A stretch of 61,482 bases of DNA, counting the filler. It is 9 parts of 9 records of this genome, joined end to end, with 100 filler letters (N's around TTAATTAATTAA, not from the genome) between each part and the next. Parts side by side here need not be neighbours in the genome. Positions count along the whole stretch, not along the records: positions 50,458 to 55,683 come from SRR31147125_38918; positions 55,784 to 61,482 come from SRR31147125_38921; 7 more parts are not named here. One strand, written 5' to 3'. Positions within the stretch are counted from its first letter, which is position 1, and the number at the start of each line of letters is the position of its first letter. Both the position numbers and the translations under genes were made by a program. The notes beneath the pieces were generated by a model. The model searched no databases and was not told the origin of the DNA. It saw only the letters and a list, made by a program, of their open reading frames with translations. This document shows positions 52,903 to 61,482 of this stretch, one piece after another.

Positions 52903-54455
52903 TTATTCTTCGGCCCGGTCGGGCTTGAGTAATGGACCATAGTATGGATTCATCGACTCGATCAATCGTTCGAAGATCCCATACATCCTATCATGATGAT
53001 TCTTCTTGTCACAATTCGGCTCAAAATAACCAGAAGAGGTCGTTCCGGTATCGGGAACACTGAAACTGTCCAGGAGTCCCAGCCCGACGCCTCCGACAAT
53101 GGCAGCACCTCTGGCCGTCGCCATTTGAAGTGATCCAGGTCGGGTAACGGTACTGTCAGTGATATCTGCAATGGTCCGACACCAGGCATCACTCCTGGCA
53201 CCGCCTCCGATAATCATCAGTTCATCAGGAATCGCCATTTGACCGAAGAGAAGAGGGATCATTCGCCTGATGTTGTATGCAACGCCTTCCTGGACGGAAT
53301 GCATCATATCCCATGCTCCATGCTCCATTGACAGACCTATGAAGGCGCCCCGGGCCTTCGAGTTGAAATCAGGTGCTCCACCACCCCTGAGATAAGGCAG
53401 GAACATCAGGCCATGAGATGCTACATCTTCACGTGCTGACCATTCTTCGAAACCGGAATACAGATGACGGCGAATCTCATCATGATCAACTGATTCATCA
53501 GCATTGGACAGAAGGTCCACTATCCATTGGTAGCAGATGCCACCTCCGTAATTGACCAACTGGGTACAATAGAAATCTTCAACGACGTGGCAGAGTACAA
53601 AAGGCCTGTTCACAGGATCCGGTTTCCAGGAATCCGCAGGTATGGTATCGGAAACCCAGGATGCTGATCCCAGATTGATATAGGGAGTTCCTTCCCGTAC
53701 CGAACCGGCTCCAACAGAAGCACAGGGAACATCCCCTCCCCGGTCACCACGGGAATACCGGAAACAAGTCCACATGCCCTTGCTGCGTCATCAGTCAGTT
53801 TCCCGATGATCTCGCATGATCCGATCAATGGAGGAAGTTTCCCGTAGTCCAGTTCCAGGGTACTGCACAGATCTTCAGACCATTGTTTCTTCCGCAACTC
53901 CATAAGGCCGTAGTTCGATCCTTCCGAGTAGTCGGTCGCAAAGCAACCGGTCAACCGGTAATTGATATAGTCTTTGGTTCCGAGAAAGGCGTGAGTCCGC
54001 CGGTATATATCCTCCAGGTTGCGTTTCATCCAGAGGATCTTCGCCGCCGGATAAATCTGAAGATCCAGGCCTCCGCCAGTTATCTCGTAAAAAGATTCGA
54101 AACTTATCCGATTCCGGATGATTTCAGCCTCTTCGGTACTGCGAAAATCCGCCCACATGAATATTTCATCCATCAGAAGATTCCCGTCACGATCAAGCGG
54201 AATACATCCATTCATATGTCCGTCAACACAAATCCCCGCTACAGATTCAGGAAGAACTCCTGTCTCATCAAGGATGTTGCGCGTTGAACCGGAAACGGAC
54301 TCCCACCAGTCTATGGGTCTCTGCAATGCCGTCAGGGCACCATGATATAAAGTCCGATGCGTCCTGTATCGATCGGCTACCAGTCGCATTTCCTGGTCAA
54401 ACAGACAGCTCTTAACTCCAGTAGTACCGATGTCGTGAGACAGGATATAGTTCAC
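52903..54455 (-). CDS. FGGY carbohydrate kinase, xylulokinase-like (frameshift near 53740)
   Basis: HDIGTTGVK, WADFRS, KDYI, TDYS, GGD, NLGS, FLPYL, GGGARS, split over two overlapping ORFs. Confidence 0.88.
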
Positions 54456-55240
54456 GCCCAGGCCTTCCACGGGTTATGGGTTGCGAGCATTCCTCCATCC
54501 ACTGAAATAACCGATCCGTCGATATAACCGGAAGCCTGTGAAGCAAGGAACAGAACAACGGAAGTGATATCATCTGGATCCGCAAACCTCCTGAGCGGGA
54601 TTGTCCGCAGCTTCTCTTCAGCACGACTTTGAAGAATATCCTTGGTCATTTCCGTTATTACGACACCCGGGGCATAAGCATTTACTGAAATACCGTAAGG
54701 CGCGACTTCCGCAGCCATCACCCGGGTCAGGGTTTCAACTGCCGATTTTGCAATGCAGTAAGCACCCATGCCGACACTGGGCATGGCGGCAACATTCGAA
54801 CTCACATTGACAATCCTGCCGCCGCCGCGTTCCTTCATCGAAGGAAGGACAGCTTTGGAGCAAAGCAGGACTCCTGAGAGATTCACGTCGAGGACTTTGT
54901 TCCAGTCCTCGGTTTTCATTGTCTCCAGCGGGGAACGGATCAGCATACCGGCATTGTTTACCAGAACATCGATTCCCCCGAAACTTCCAATAATCCCGGA
55001 AACCGCTGATTCGACCGAATCGGGATCCGAGATATCACAAAGCCAACCAGCCACATCAGTGTCGGTGAAATCCGCAGACATTTCTACTACTGTCGAATCC
55101 AATGCTTCCTGGTTGATATCCAACAGGGCAACTCTGGCGCCAGACCGGCAGAATCCTTCGGCGATATTTCTGCCGATTCCCCTGGAGGCTCCTGTTACAA
55201 CGGCGCAACGTCCTTTCAGGTCTTTATATACAGCATCCAT
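54452..55240 (-). CDS. Short-chain dehydrogenase/reductase
   Basis: TGASRGIG, VNNAG, YCIAK (YxxxK), VDGG. Confidence 0.92.
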   Translation of the reverse strand: MDAVYKDLKGRCAVVTGASRGIGRNIAEGFCRSGARVALLDINQEALDSTVVEMSADFTDTDVAGWLCDISDPDSVESAVSGIIGSFGGIDVLVNNAGMLIRSPLETMKTEDWNKVLDVNLSGVLLCSKAVLPSMKERGGGRIVNVSSNVAAMPSVGMGAYCIAKSAVETLTRVMAAEVAPYGISVNAYAPGVVITEMTKDILQSRAEEKLRTIPLRRFADPDDITSVVLFLASQASGYIDGSVISVDGGMLATHNPWKAWA

Positions 55241-55258
55241 CTACACAACCTCCTACGT

Positions 55259-55683
55259 CTAAATGGACAGGGAATGTCCACCATCCACCATGACAATCTC
55301 ACCGGTCATGTATGCAGACGCTTTAGTGGATAACAAAACTATGGGGCCGAATAAATCAATCACATTGGCCATGCGACCAAGCGGTACTATGCCGACACGA
55401 TCCAGTTCCTTCTGATTCAAGTCTCTTTCGGTATCCCCGGTAATGGCGTTTTCCCGGATATCAATGAATCCGGGTGCAATGGCATTGACTCGAACACCAC
55501 TGCCGGCCCATTCACAGGCCAGTGATTTCGTAAGCATCAGTACTCCCGATTTGGAAACGCAATAACCTGACTTGGGAGAACCTTTAACGCAAAAATACGA
55601 TGCTGTGGAAGCAAAATTGACGATGCAGCCTGTGCCACGGCCGGTCATCCATTCGCCGAAATACCGGCATGTCAGGAACGTGG
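55259..55683 (-). CDS. Short-chain dehydrogenase/reductase, 5' truncated
   Basis: IVNFAS, YCVSK, VRVNAIAPG, YMTGE..MVDGG. Confidence 0.88.
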
Positions 55684-55783
55684 NNNNNNNNNNNNNNNNN
55701 NNNNNNNNNNNNNNNNNNNNNNNNNNNTTAATTAATTAANNNNNNNNNNNNNNNNNNNNNNNNNNNNNNNNNNNNNNNNNNNN
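55684..55783. other. Artificial contig spacer
   Basis: Ns around TTAATTAATTAA. Confidence 0.98.
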
Positions 55784-56698
55784 CCCTCGGCGCAGGGATG
55801 TGCCAGTGCCCAAGAGGAAACAGACGAGTTTGAAGAGTTCTCTGATGATGAATTTTCGGAGTTTGCAGAAGATGACAATAGCGAAGTTGAAAAATCAGAT
55901 TCAATATGGACCAACAGGAATTTTACACTTTCGCTTTTAGTTCTTTTTTTAACGCTTGTGGCCGGAATTCTGGTTCGTTTTAAAACCACCAGAAAACTGA
56001 AAACATTTATGTTGCTCGGAACAATGGTATACCTTGGTTTTATTAATGGTGCCTGCCCGTGTATGATTTCCAGTTTCCAGAATACCGTAATGTATGTAAT
56101 GGGAATTGATGTTGAACCGGTTCTTATGCTGTGGTTCCTGGGATTAATTCCGCTAACATATTTCTTCGGAAAAGTTTGGTGTGGCTGGGTTTGCCATTTA
56201 GGAGCCTTACAAGAATTTATTTTCCGCCCGGGAGTTATAAAGGTTTTGCAAAGCCGCAAATCGCAGGTAATTTTAAAATGGATTCGCATTGTAACTCTTA
56301 TCGTTCTTGTCATTCAAATTGTAACAACACGCACCAATATTTTTATTCATTACGATCCGTTTAAAGTTGCATATAACCTGTTTTCGGCAAATACAACCGG
56401 CTATGTACTTTTAGTTATTATGCTGGTTTCGTCAATTCTTATTTACCGGCCGTTTTGCCGTACACTTTGCCCGGTAGGTTTGATTCTGGGTTGGGTTTCG
56501 CATATTCCGGGGGCCGCGAAAATAAATAAAACAGAAAGTTGTATCGATTGTAAAAGCTGTAGCAATGCATGCAATTACAATGCAATGACTTACGAAAATA
56601 AAAAGAGTAAAATAGATAACGAAGACTGTATTTTATGTGGCGACTGTTTGGATAGTTGTAAACTTTCTTCGATAGAAATTAAAGGAATAGCCAAATGA
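55784..56698 (+). CDS. NapH/MauN/NosR-C-like membrane ferredoxin-type protein (5' truncated)
   Basis: Frame open from the contig edge. Acidic tract, several TM helices, GACPC, FGKVWCGWVCH, RPFCRTLCP and two CxxCxxCxxxC motifs. Confidence 0.85.
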   Translation, partial: PSAQGCASAQEETDEFEEFSDDEFSEFAEDDNSEVEKSDSIWTNRNFTLSLLVLFLTLVAGILVRFKTTRKLKTFMLLGTMVYLGFINGACPCMISSFQNTVMYVMGIDVEPVLMLWFLGLIPLTYFFGKVWCGWVCHLGALQEFIFRPGVIKVLQSRKSQVILKWIRIVTLIVLVIQIVTTRTNIFIHYDPFKVAYNLFSANTTGYVLLVIMLVSSILIYRPFCRTLCPVGLILGWVSHIPGAAKINKTESCIDCKSCSNACNYNAMTYENKKSKIDNEDCILCGDCLDSCKLSSIEIKGIAK

Positions 56699-58050
56699 AG
56701 AAAATTATATTTCTAGTATTTTTTGTCGGAACATTTTTAACAGGAGCTGCACAATGGGAATGCCCAAGTAAACTGGCAGCTCATCTCGATCCGGTATTTG
56801 ACAGCCCGCTTTTAATTGCAGGCGAAACTCAGTTTACTACCGGAATTCTGGACGGCAATTCGATTAGTACCGCCATGGCGTTTGTGGGATTGGATTACAG
56901 CACCCAAAATCACTCGTTTTATTTTGAAGGAGGAATAAAAAACTGGTGGAAATACGATTTTGATGAAGAGATTCTGTTCGACAATCACCGCCTGGGATTA
57001 CGCGAATTGTTTTATCAATACAACGGGAGTTTGAGCAGTGTTACTGTTGGGTTACAAACCTCAACTTTCGACGACCATTATTTATTAAATGAACGCGTGG
57101 CCGGTGCCAATTTTAAACTCGATTTGGGTAATTTAAAATTTAATGCATACGGAGGTAGTGTAACAAAAGATTTTGCGAGGAACGGAATTTTCTGTACCAC
57201 CGGATTTATTTACGACCTGCAAACCGCGCAAAATTCAATTTCTTTGGGTAACAGTTTAGGCGATAAAAACCTGGCCGGTTTCACATTTACCTTATTTCCG
57301 GGAAAAGCTAAAAAGACCAAAACAAAGCCATCAGAGTCGGACGAGGATGAATTTGAGGTTTTCGAAGAAGATGAGTTTGCGGAAGTGGATGACAATGAAT
57401 TTGAAGCAACGGATGAGTTTGAAAGCTCTGATGAAGAGTTTGCAGATTTTGAGATGAATTCGCAAGAAAAAAAATTGAAAAATACGCTAGTTTTCGGAAT
57501 CGAAAAAATTGGTATTGCAGCCTACTCCGAGTTTGGCGATTGGATTCAAAATGCCTTCTATCATACGGGGCTTTTTGCTTCGGTAAAATTACCCGGAGAT
57601 ATATATTTTAAACCGGAAGCTCTTTTGCAAATTGAAGAATTGAATAAAGGAATTATTTACCTGGCCGAGTTGGAAAGGTCGTTTAAGTTAAAAGGTGGCA
57701 ATCGGCTGTTTGTTTCAGCAGCTTATTACGGATTTTCTGAAATTGATGATGATGCCATGGTTTTGAACTCGTACAGTAATATTTTGGCGGGAGAAGTGCT
57801 TAGGCTCGATGCTGCAAACATGCCATTCTATTTGTTGGGTGCAAAGTTTAATATTCCATCGGCAAAATTTCATATAAAACTACAAAGTGCCGGGCAACTT
57901 AATTCGGGCGATTTAAACGAGTGGGACATTGAAATAGGGAAAAAGTTTATCGACCGCCTGCATGTGAATGCCAAGGCAGGAATAATTAGTGGTGGCGAAC
58001 TGGAAGAAAACGCTTTATTGGGGCGTTTGGAAGCAAGGTATTATTTTTAA
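56695..58050 (+). CDS. Hypothetical exported protein, predicted outer-membrane beta-barrel with acidic insert
   Basis: Sec signal (MKKII...GAA|Q), many amphipathic beta-strand patterns, C-terminal GRLEARYYF; ATG overlaps the upstream stop. Confidence 0.65.
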   Translation: MKKIIFLVFFVGTFLTGAAQWECPSKLAAHLDPVFDSPLLIAGETQFTTGILDGNSISTAMAFVGLDYSTQNHSFYFEGGIKNWWKYDFDEEILFDNHRLGLRELFYQYNGSLSSVTVGLQTSTFDDHYLLNERVAGANFKLDLGNLKFNAYGGSVTKDFARNGIFCTTGFIYDLQTAQNSISLGNSLGDKNLAGFTFTLFPGKAKKTKTKPSESDEDEFEVFEEDEFAEVDDNEFEATDEFESSDEEFADFEMNSQEKKLKNTLVFGIEKIGIAAYSEFGDWIQNAFYHTGLFASVKLPGDIYFKPEALLQIEELNKGIIYLAELERSFKLKGGNRLFVSAAYYGFSEIDDDAMVLNSYSNILAGEVLRLDAANMPFYLLGAKFNIPSAKFHIKLQSAGQLNSGDLNEWDIEIGKKFIDRLHVNAKAGIISGGELEENALLGRLEARYYF

Positions 58051-58062
58051 AGAGGGCGCATT

Positions 58063-59079
58063 ATGACGAAAGAGAAAAAGAATCAGGAAGAAAATACAAG
58101 ACGTAAATTTATTGGCGGCGGATTAACATTTGCAGCAGGAAGTTTATTATTATCTCCGCTTATTCATTCTTGTTCCGAGAGTTTTTATGATACACTAACC
58201 ATTGACGGAGCTCGTTGTATTGGCTGTGGCGATTGTGACGATGTTTGTAATTACAGCGCAATCGAAATGAATGGCGTTTCGGAATACTGGATAAATGTAG
58301 GAGATTGTTCTAAATGTAGTTGGTGTGTAGATGTTTGCGAAGATGATGCCATTAAAATGCCGGAGTTGAGTTACAATATTACTGCAAGTAAATGTACCGG
58401 TTGTAACGAGTGTCTTCCGTCGTGTGAATATGGTGCTTTAAAAATTGCGTCAAACGTATATTCTATAGAATCGGGATGCGTAGGTTGTGGCGACTGTATA
58501 ACAGCATGCGAAGATGAAGCAATCTCTTATGTTGTGAGTGAATATTCTGTAAGTGGCGGGAAATGCCATGCTTGTATCTCCCGATGTTCCGGGGCTTGTA
58601 AATACGATGCTATTTCATTAAAAAACGGGCATGCTTATATCGATACATCTAAATGTACAAAGTGTGGCGAGTGTTTAAGCGCCTGTCCGTATAGTGCTAT
58701 TAAAAAAGCTTATGTAGAAATCGATCAGGAAAAGTGTACCAACTGTGGCAAATGTTACGATGCATGTACTTACGACGAAATTGAAAAATCCGGCGATTCT
58801 GATATCGAAGAGTCATTCATCGAACGACTTTCGTGTACCAATTGTGGCGAGTGTATTGATGAGTGTCCGGAAGATGCTATTTATATGGTAAAATCGGGCG
58901 ATTTTGAGCCTGAAATAGTAATGGAAGACTGTACTGTTTGTGGTAAATGTTTCGAAGTCTGTTCTGTTCAGCAGGCTGTCGATCGAACTGTTGCCACGGC
59001 ATCAATCACTCAGGATAACTGTATGAAATGTGATAAGTGTTTTGATGTTTGTAATTACGACGCGGTACAGATGGGGTAA
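58063..59079 (+). CDS. Polyferredoxin (ten 4-Cys Fe-S motifs) with twin-arginine/lipoprotein-like signal
   Basis: NTRRKFI, hydrophobic stretch, IHSC; then nine CxxCxxCxxxC and one CxxCxxxCxxxC. Confidence 0.88.
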   Translation: MTKEKKNQEENTRRKFIGGGLTFAAGSLLLSPLIHSCSESFYDTLTIDGARCIGCGDCDDVCNYSAIEMNGVSEYWINVGDCSKCSWCVDVCEDDAIKMPELSYNITASKCTGCNECLPSCEYGALKIASNVYSIESGCVGCGDCITACEDEAISYVVSEYSVSGGKCHACISRCSGACKYDAISLKNGHAYIDTSKCTKCGECLSACPYSAIKKAYVEIDQEKCTNCGKCYDACTYDEIEKSGDSDIEESFIERLSCTNCGECIDECPEDAIYMVKSGDFEPEIVMEDCTVCGKCFEVCSVQQAVDRTVATASITQDNCMKCDKCFDVCNYDAVQMG

Positions 59080-59102
59080 AAACGTTAGTATTTATAACAC
59101 AG

Positions 59103-59150
59103 AGAACCGTTCTTTCTTACATATATTGAAGAGAGAACGGTTCTTTTTTT
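59103..59150 (+). terminator. Intrinsic terminator between the polyferredoxin operon and hydrogenase operon
   Basis: AGAACCGTTCT...AGAACGGTTCT followed by a T-run. Confidence 0.8.
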
Positions 59151-59158
59151 CGTCAGTT

Positions 59159-59665
59159 TTATGCTGATTTTATATCATCAGCCTCAGCATTTCTATATTC
59201 TGCAATAATGTTTTTTACTTCTGAAGGAGAAACACGTCCGAAAACTTTTTCGCCCACAGTAACCACCGGAGCAAGGCCGCAAGCTCCCACACAACGCAGG
59301 CAGTTTATCGAAAATTTTCCATCTTCGGTAGATTCTCCAACATCAACACCCAATTGGCGTTTAAATTCGCTAAGAACCTGTTCTGCACCACGAACATAGC
59401 ATGCAGTTCCCATACAAATTGAAATAGGATGTTCGCCTTGTGGAATCATAGTAAAGAAGCTGTAGAATGTTACGACTCCGTAAACTTTTGCTACCGAAGA
59501 ATTTAATTCTTTTGCAATTACTTCCTGCACCTCGGCCGGTAAATAACCTAGTTTTCCCTGAACTTTATGAAGTACATTTATTAATTCACTCTCTTTATTT
59601 TCAAACTCAGCACAAATGTCTTTTATGAGCTGAATTACATTTTCTGCTAATTTTATTTTTGGCAT
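59159..59665 (-). CDS. [2Fe-2S] NuoE-like hydrogenase subunit (HydC/HndA type)
   Basis: VYGVVTFYSFF, CMGTACYVRG, CVGACGLAP. Confidence 0.92.
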   Translation of the reverse strand: MPKIKLAENVIQLIKDICAEFENKESELINVLHKVQGKLGYLPAEVQEVIAKELNSSVAKVYGVVTFYSFFTMIPQGEHPISICMGTACYVRGAEQVLSEFKRQLGVDVGESTEDGKFSINCLRCVGACGLAPVVTVGEKVFGRVSPSEVKNIIAEYRNAEADDIKSA

Positions 59666-59717
59666 TTTCAGTACTTTTTAAATTTAAGCATTAAATAATT
59701 CTCGCATTCCTGCACAA

Positions 59718-61469
59718 TTAAGTTCTGTCAAAGTACTCGGTATGCAATAAATGATGCGCTTTTTCACTCATAGGTTCTCCAAGGAATTTTTCGTATAATT
59801 CAATGATGTAAGGATTTTCGTGCGACTTACGAATCGTTTTATTTTTATCTTCCCGGTAAATAGCCATTTGTCGTTTTTTCAAAACTTCAGCATCTCCATG
59901 GTGATAAGGCTGGCCTCCACCGCCAATGCATCCTCCCGGACAACTCATTATTTCAATGGCGTGGAACTCGCTCTTTCCTGCCCGAATATCTTCCAACAAT
60001 TTACGCGCATTTCCTAAACCGTGGGCAATTCCTATTCGAATAGGCAAACCATCGAAATCAATGGTAGCTTCACGAATTCCTTCCATACCGCGTAATTCTT
60101 CGAAATCTACTTTCGGAAGTTCTTTTTTAGTATGCACCTCATAGGCTGTACGAACTGCTGCTTCTATAACACCTCCGGTAGTTCCGAAAATAACAGCAGC
60201 ACCGGTCGATTCTCCAAGTGGATTGTCGAACTCTTCGTTTGGCAGGGCATTAAAATCAATATTCGATAGTTTTATTAATGATGCCAATTCGCGGGTAGTA
60301 AGTGCATAATCAACATCTGGATTACCGTTTGTTTTAAACTCATCGCGGCCACATTCGTATTTTTTTGCTACGCACGGCATAATAGAAACCACAACCAAAT
60401 CTTCACGTTTAACTTCCATTTGCTCGGCAAAATATGTTTTGGCAATGGCTCCAAACATTTGTTGTGGCGAACGTGCTGTTGAAGGAATTTCCTTCATGTC
60501 GGGGAATTGGTGTTCAAAGAATTTCACCCAGGCCGGACAGCATGAAGTTAGAATAGGAAGTTTAACATCCTTGTCGCCGGCCAAATGTTTTCCTAATCGG
60601 TTAAGTAACTCTGTCCCTTCCTCCATAATAGTGAGGTCGGCAGCAAAATCGGTGTCGAAAACATGGTGGAAACCAAGTCGACGCAAAGCTGCAACTAGTT
60701 TGCCTGTTACCAATGTTCCGGCTTCCATTCCAAATTCTTCGCCCAAAGCAGCACGTACTGCCGGAGCAGTTTGAACGATAACTGTTTTTGAAGGATCTGA
60801 AAGTGCACGGATTACTTTACCTGTTTCGTCAACTTCGGTTAATGCTCCTGTTGGGCACACTGCCACACATTGTCCACAGTATGTACAAACAGAATGGTCG
60901 AGGTTCATTTCAAAAGCCGGTGAAACAACCGAATCGAAACCACGGTTAATAGCAGAAAGTACACCAACGGTTTGAACCTCGTTACACATCATTTCGCAAC
61001 GGCGACACATAATACATTTGTCTACATCGCGGGTAATTGCAGGTGATGTATCGGCACGATATGTTGATTGTTCTCCTTTATAATGAATTTCGCGGATTCC
61101 AAGATTGTGAGCCAGATCCTGCAAGTCGCAATTGCCCGATTTTGCACAGATTAAGCAGTCAAACGGATGGTCGGAAAGAATTAATTCCATTACCGTTCTT
61201 CTGGCATTAATAACACGCATTGAGTGTGTATTAATCTCCATCCCTTCGCCAACATCGGTACAACAAGCCGGAGCCAGATTGCGTCTTCCGTTTACTTCAA
61301 CCACACAAATTCGACATCCTCCGGGTTTATTCTCAATGTTTAAATCGTCCAGTTTCATGTGGCAAAGGGTCGGGATATCAATTCCAATTCCCGATGCCGC
61401 TTCTAAAATTGTGGTTCCTTTTTTTACCACAACCGGTTTATTATCAATGGTAAGATTTACTGTATCCAT
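59718..61469 (-). CDS. hydA: [FeFe]-hydrogenase group A catalytic subunit (HydA/HndD type)
   Basis: N-terminal [2Fe-2S], HxxxCxxCxxxxxC, 2x[4Fe-4S]; H-cluster motifs TSCCPAW, MPCVAKKYE, EIMSCPGGCIGGGGQP. Confidence 0.95.
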   Translation of the reverse strand: MDTVNLTIDNKPVVVKKGTTILEAASGIGIDIPTLCHMKLDDLNIENKPGGCRICVVEVNGRRNLAPACCTDVGEGMEINTHSMRVINARRTVMELILSDHPFDCLICAKSGNCDLQDLAHNLGIREIHYKGEQSTYRADTSPAITRDVDKCIMCRRCEMMCNEVQTVGVLSAINRGFDSVVSPAFEMNLDHSVCTYCGQCVAVCPTGALTEVDETGKVIRALSDPSKTVIVQTAPAVRAALGEEFGMEAGTLVTGKLVAALRRLGFHHVFDTDFAADLTIMEEGTELLNRLGKHLAGDKDVKLPILTSCCPAWVKFFEHQFPDMKEIPSTARSPQQMFGAIAKTYFAEQMEVKREDLVVVSIMPCVAKKYECGRDEFKTNGNPDVDYALTTRELASLIKLSNIDFNALPNEEFDNPLGESTGAAVIFGTTGGVIEAAVRTAYEVHTKKELPKVDFEELRGMEGIREATIDFDGLPIRIGIAHGLGNARKLLEDIRAGKSEFHAIEIMSCPGGCIGGGGQPYHHGDAEVLKKRQMAIYREDKNKTIRKSHENPYIIELYEKFLGEPMSEKAHHLLHTEYFDRT

Positions 61470-61482
61470 AATTTTCAAGTTT

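Noticed and set aside
33342-55683. A functional link between the two FGGY-kinase sugar clusters
   Set aside because: They lie on different contigs separated by spacers and probably come from different organisms.

Overview
This window is not one locus. It is nine unrelated contigs joined by eight artificial 100-nt spacers (N-runs around TTAATTAATTAA), probably from an anoxic-habitat metagenome. (1) 1-5630: FG-GAP protein, a large uncharacterised polytopic membrane protein, partial arylsulfatase. (2) 5731-11038: Bacteroidota-like mreB-mreC-mreD-mrdA-rodA. (3) 11139-18066: Clostridia-like; D-lyxose isomerase family, cupin, HEXXH protein, an antibiotic-resistance-type ABC-F preceded by a uORF/attenuator, xpt, MFS, nucleoside kinase. 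(4) 18167-28088: S8 peptidase, cyclophilin, priA, pdhABC, DUF4416, arylamine N-acetyltransferase. (5) 28189-33241: SusC/SusD pair. (6) 33342-43443: DeoR-regulated sugar ABC/DUF2291 operon with FucI-like isomerase, split transketolase and FGGY kinase, resembling D-apiose catabolism. (7) 43544-50357: large autotransporter and PPK2. (8) 50458-55683: hisC, a degenerate tRNA-fMet, and an SDR/FGGY/GntR sugar cluster. (9) 55784-61482: Bacteroidota-like operon with a NapH-type membrane Fe-S protein, a predicted outer-membrane beta-barrel and a Tat/lipoprotein-signal polyferredoxin with ten 4-Cys motifs, convergent with a multimeric [FeFe]-hydrogenase. Contig 9 is the best candidate for an undescribed system: a possible heme-free, Fe-S-based trans-envelope electron conduit. 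Many single-base frameshifts, including in essential genes, are most likely sequencing errors. Family and taxonomic calls come from motif recognition only; no searches were run.
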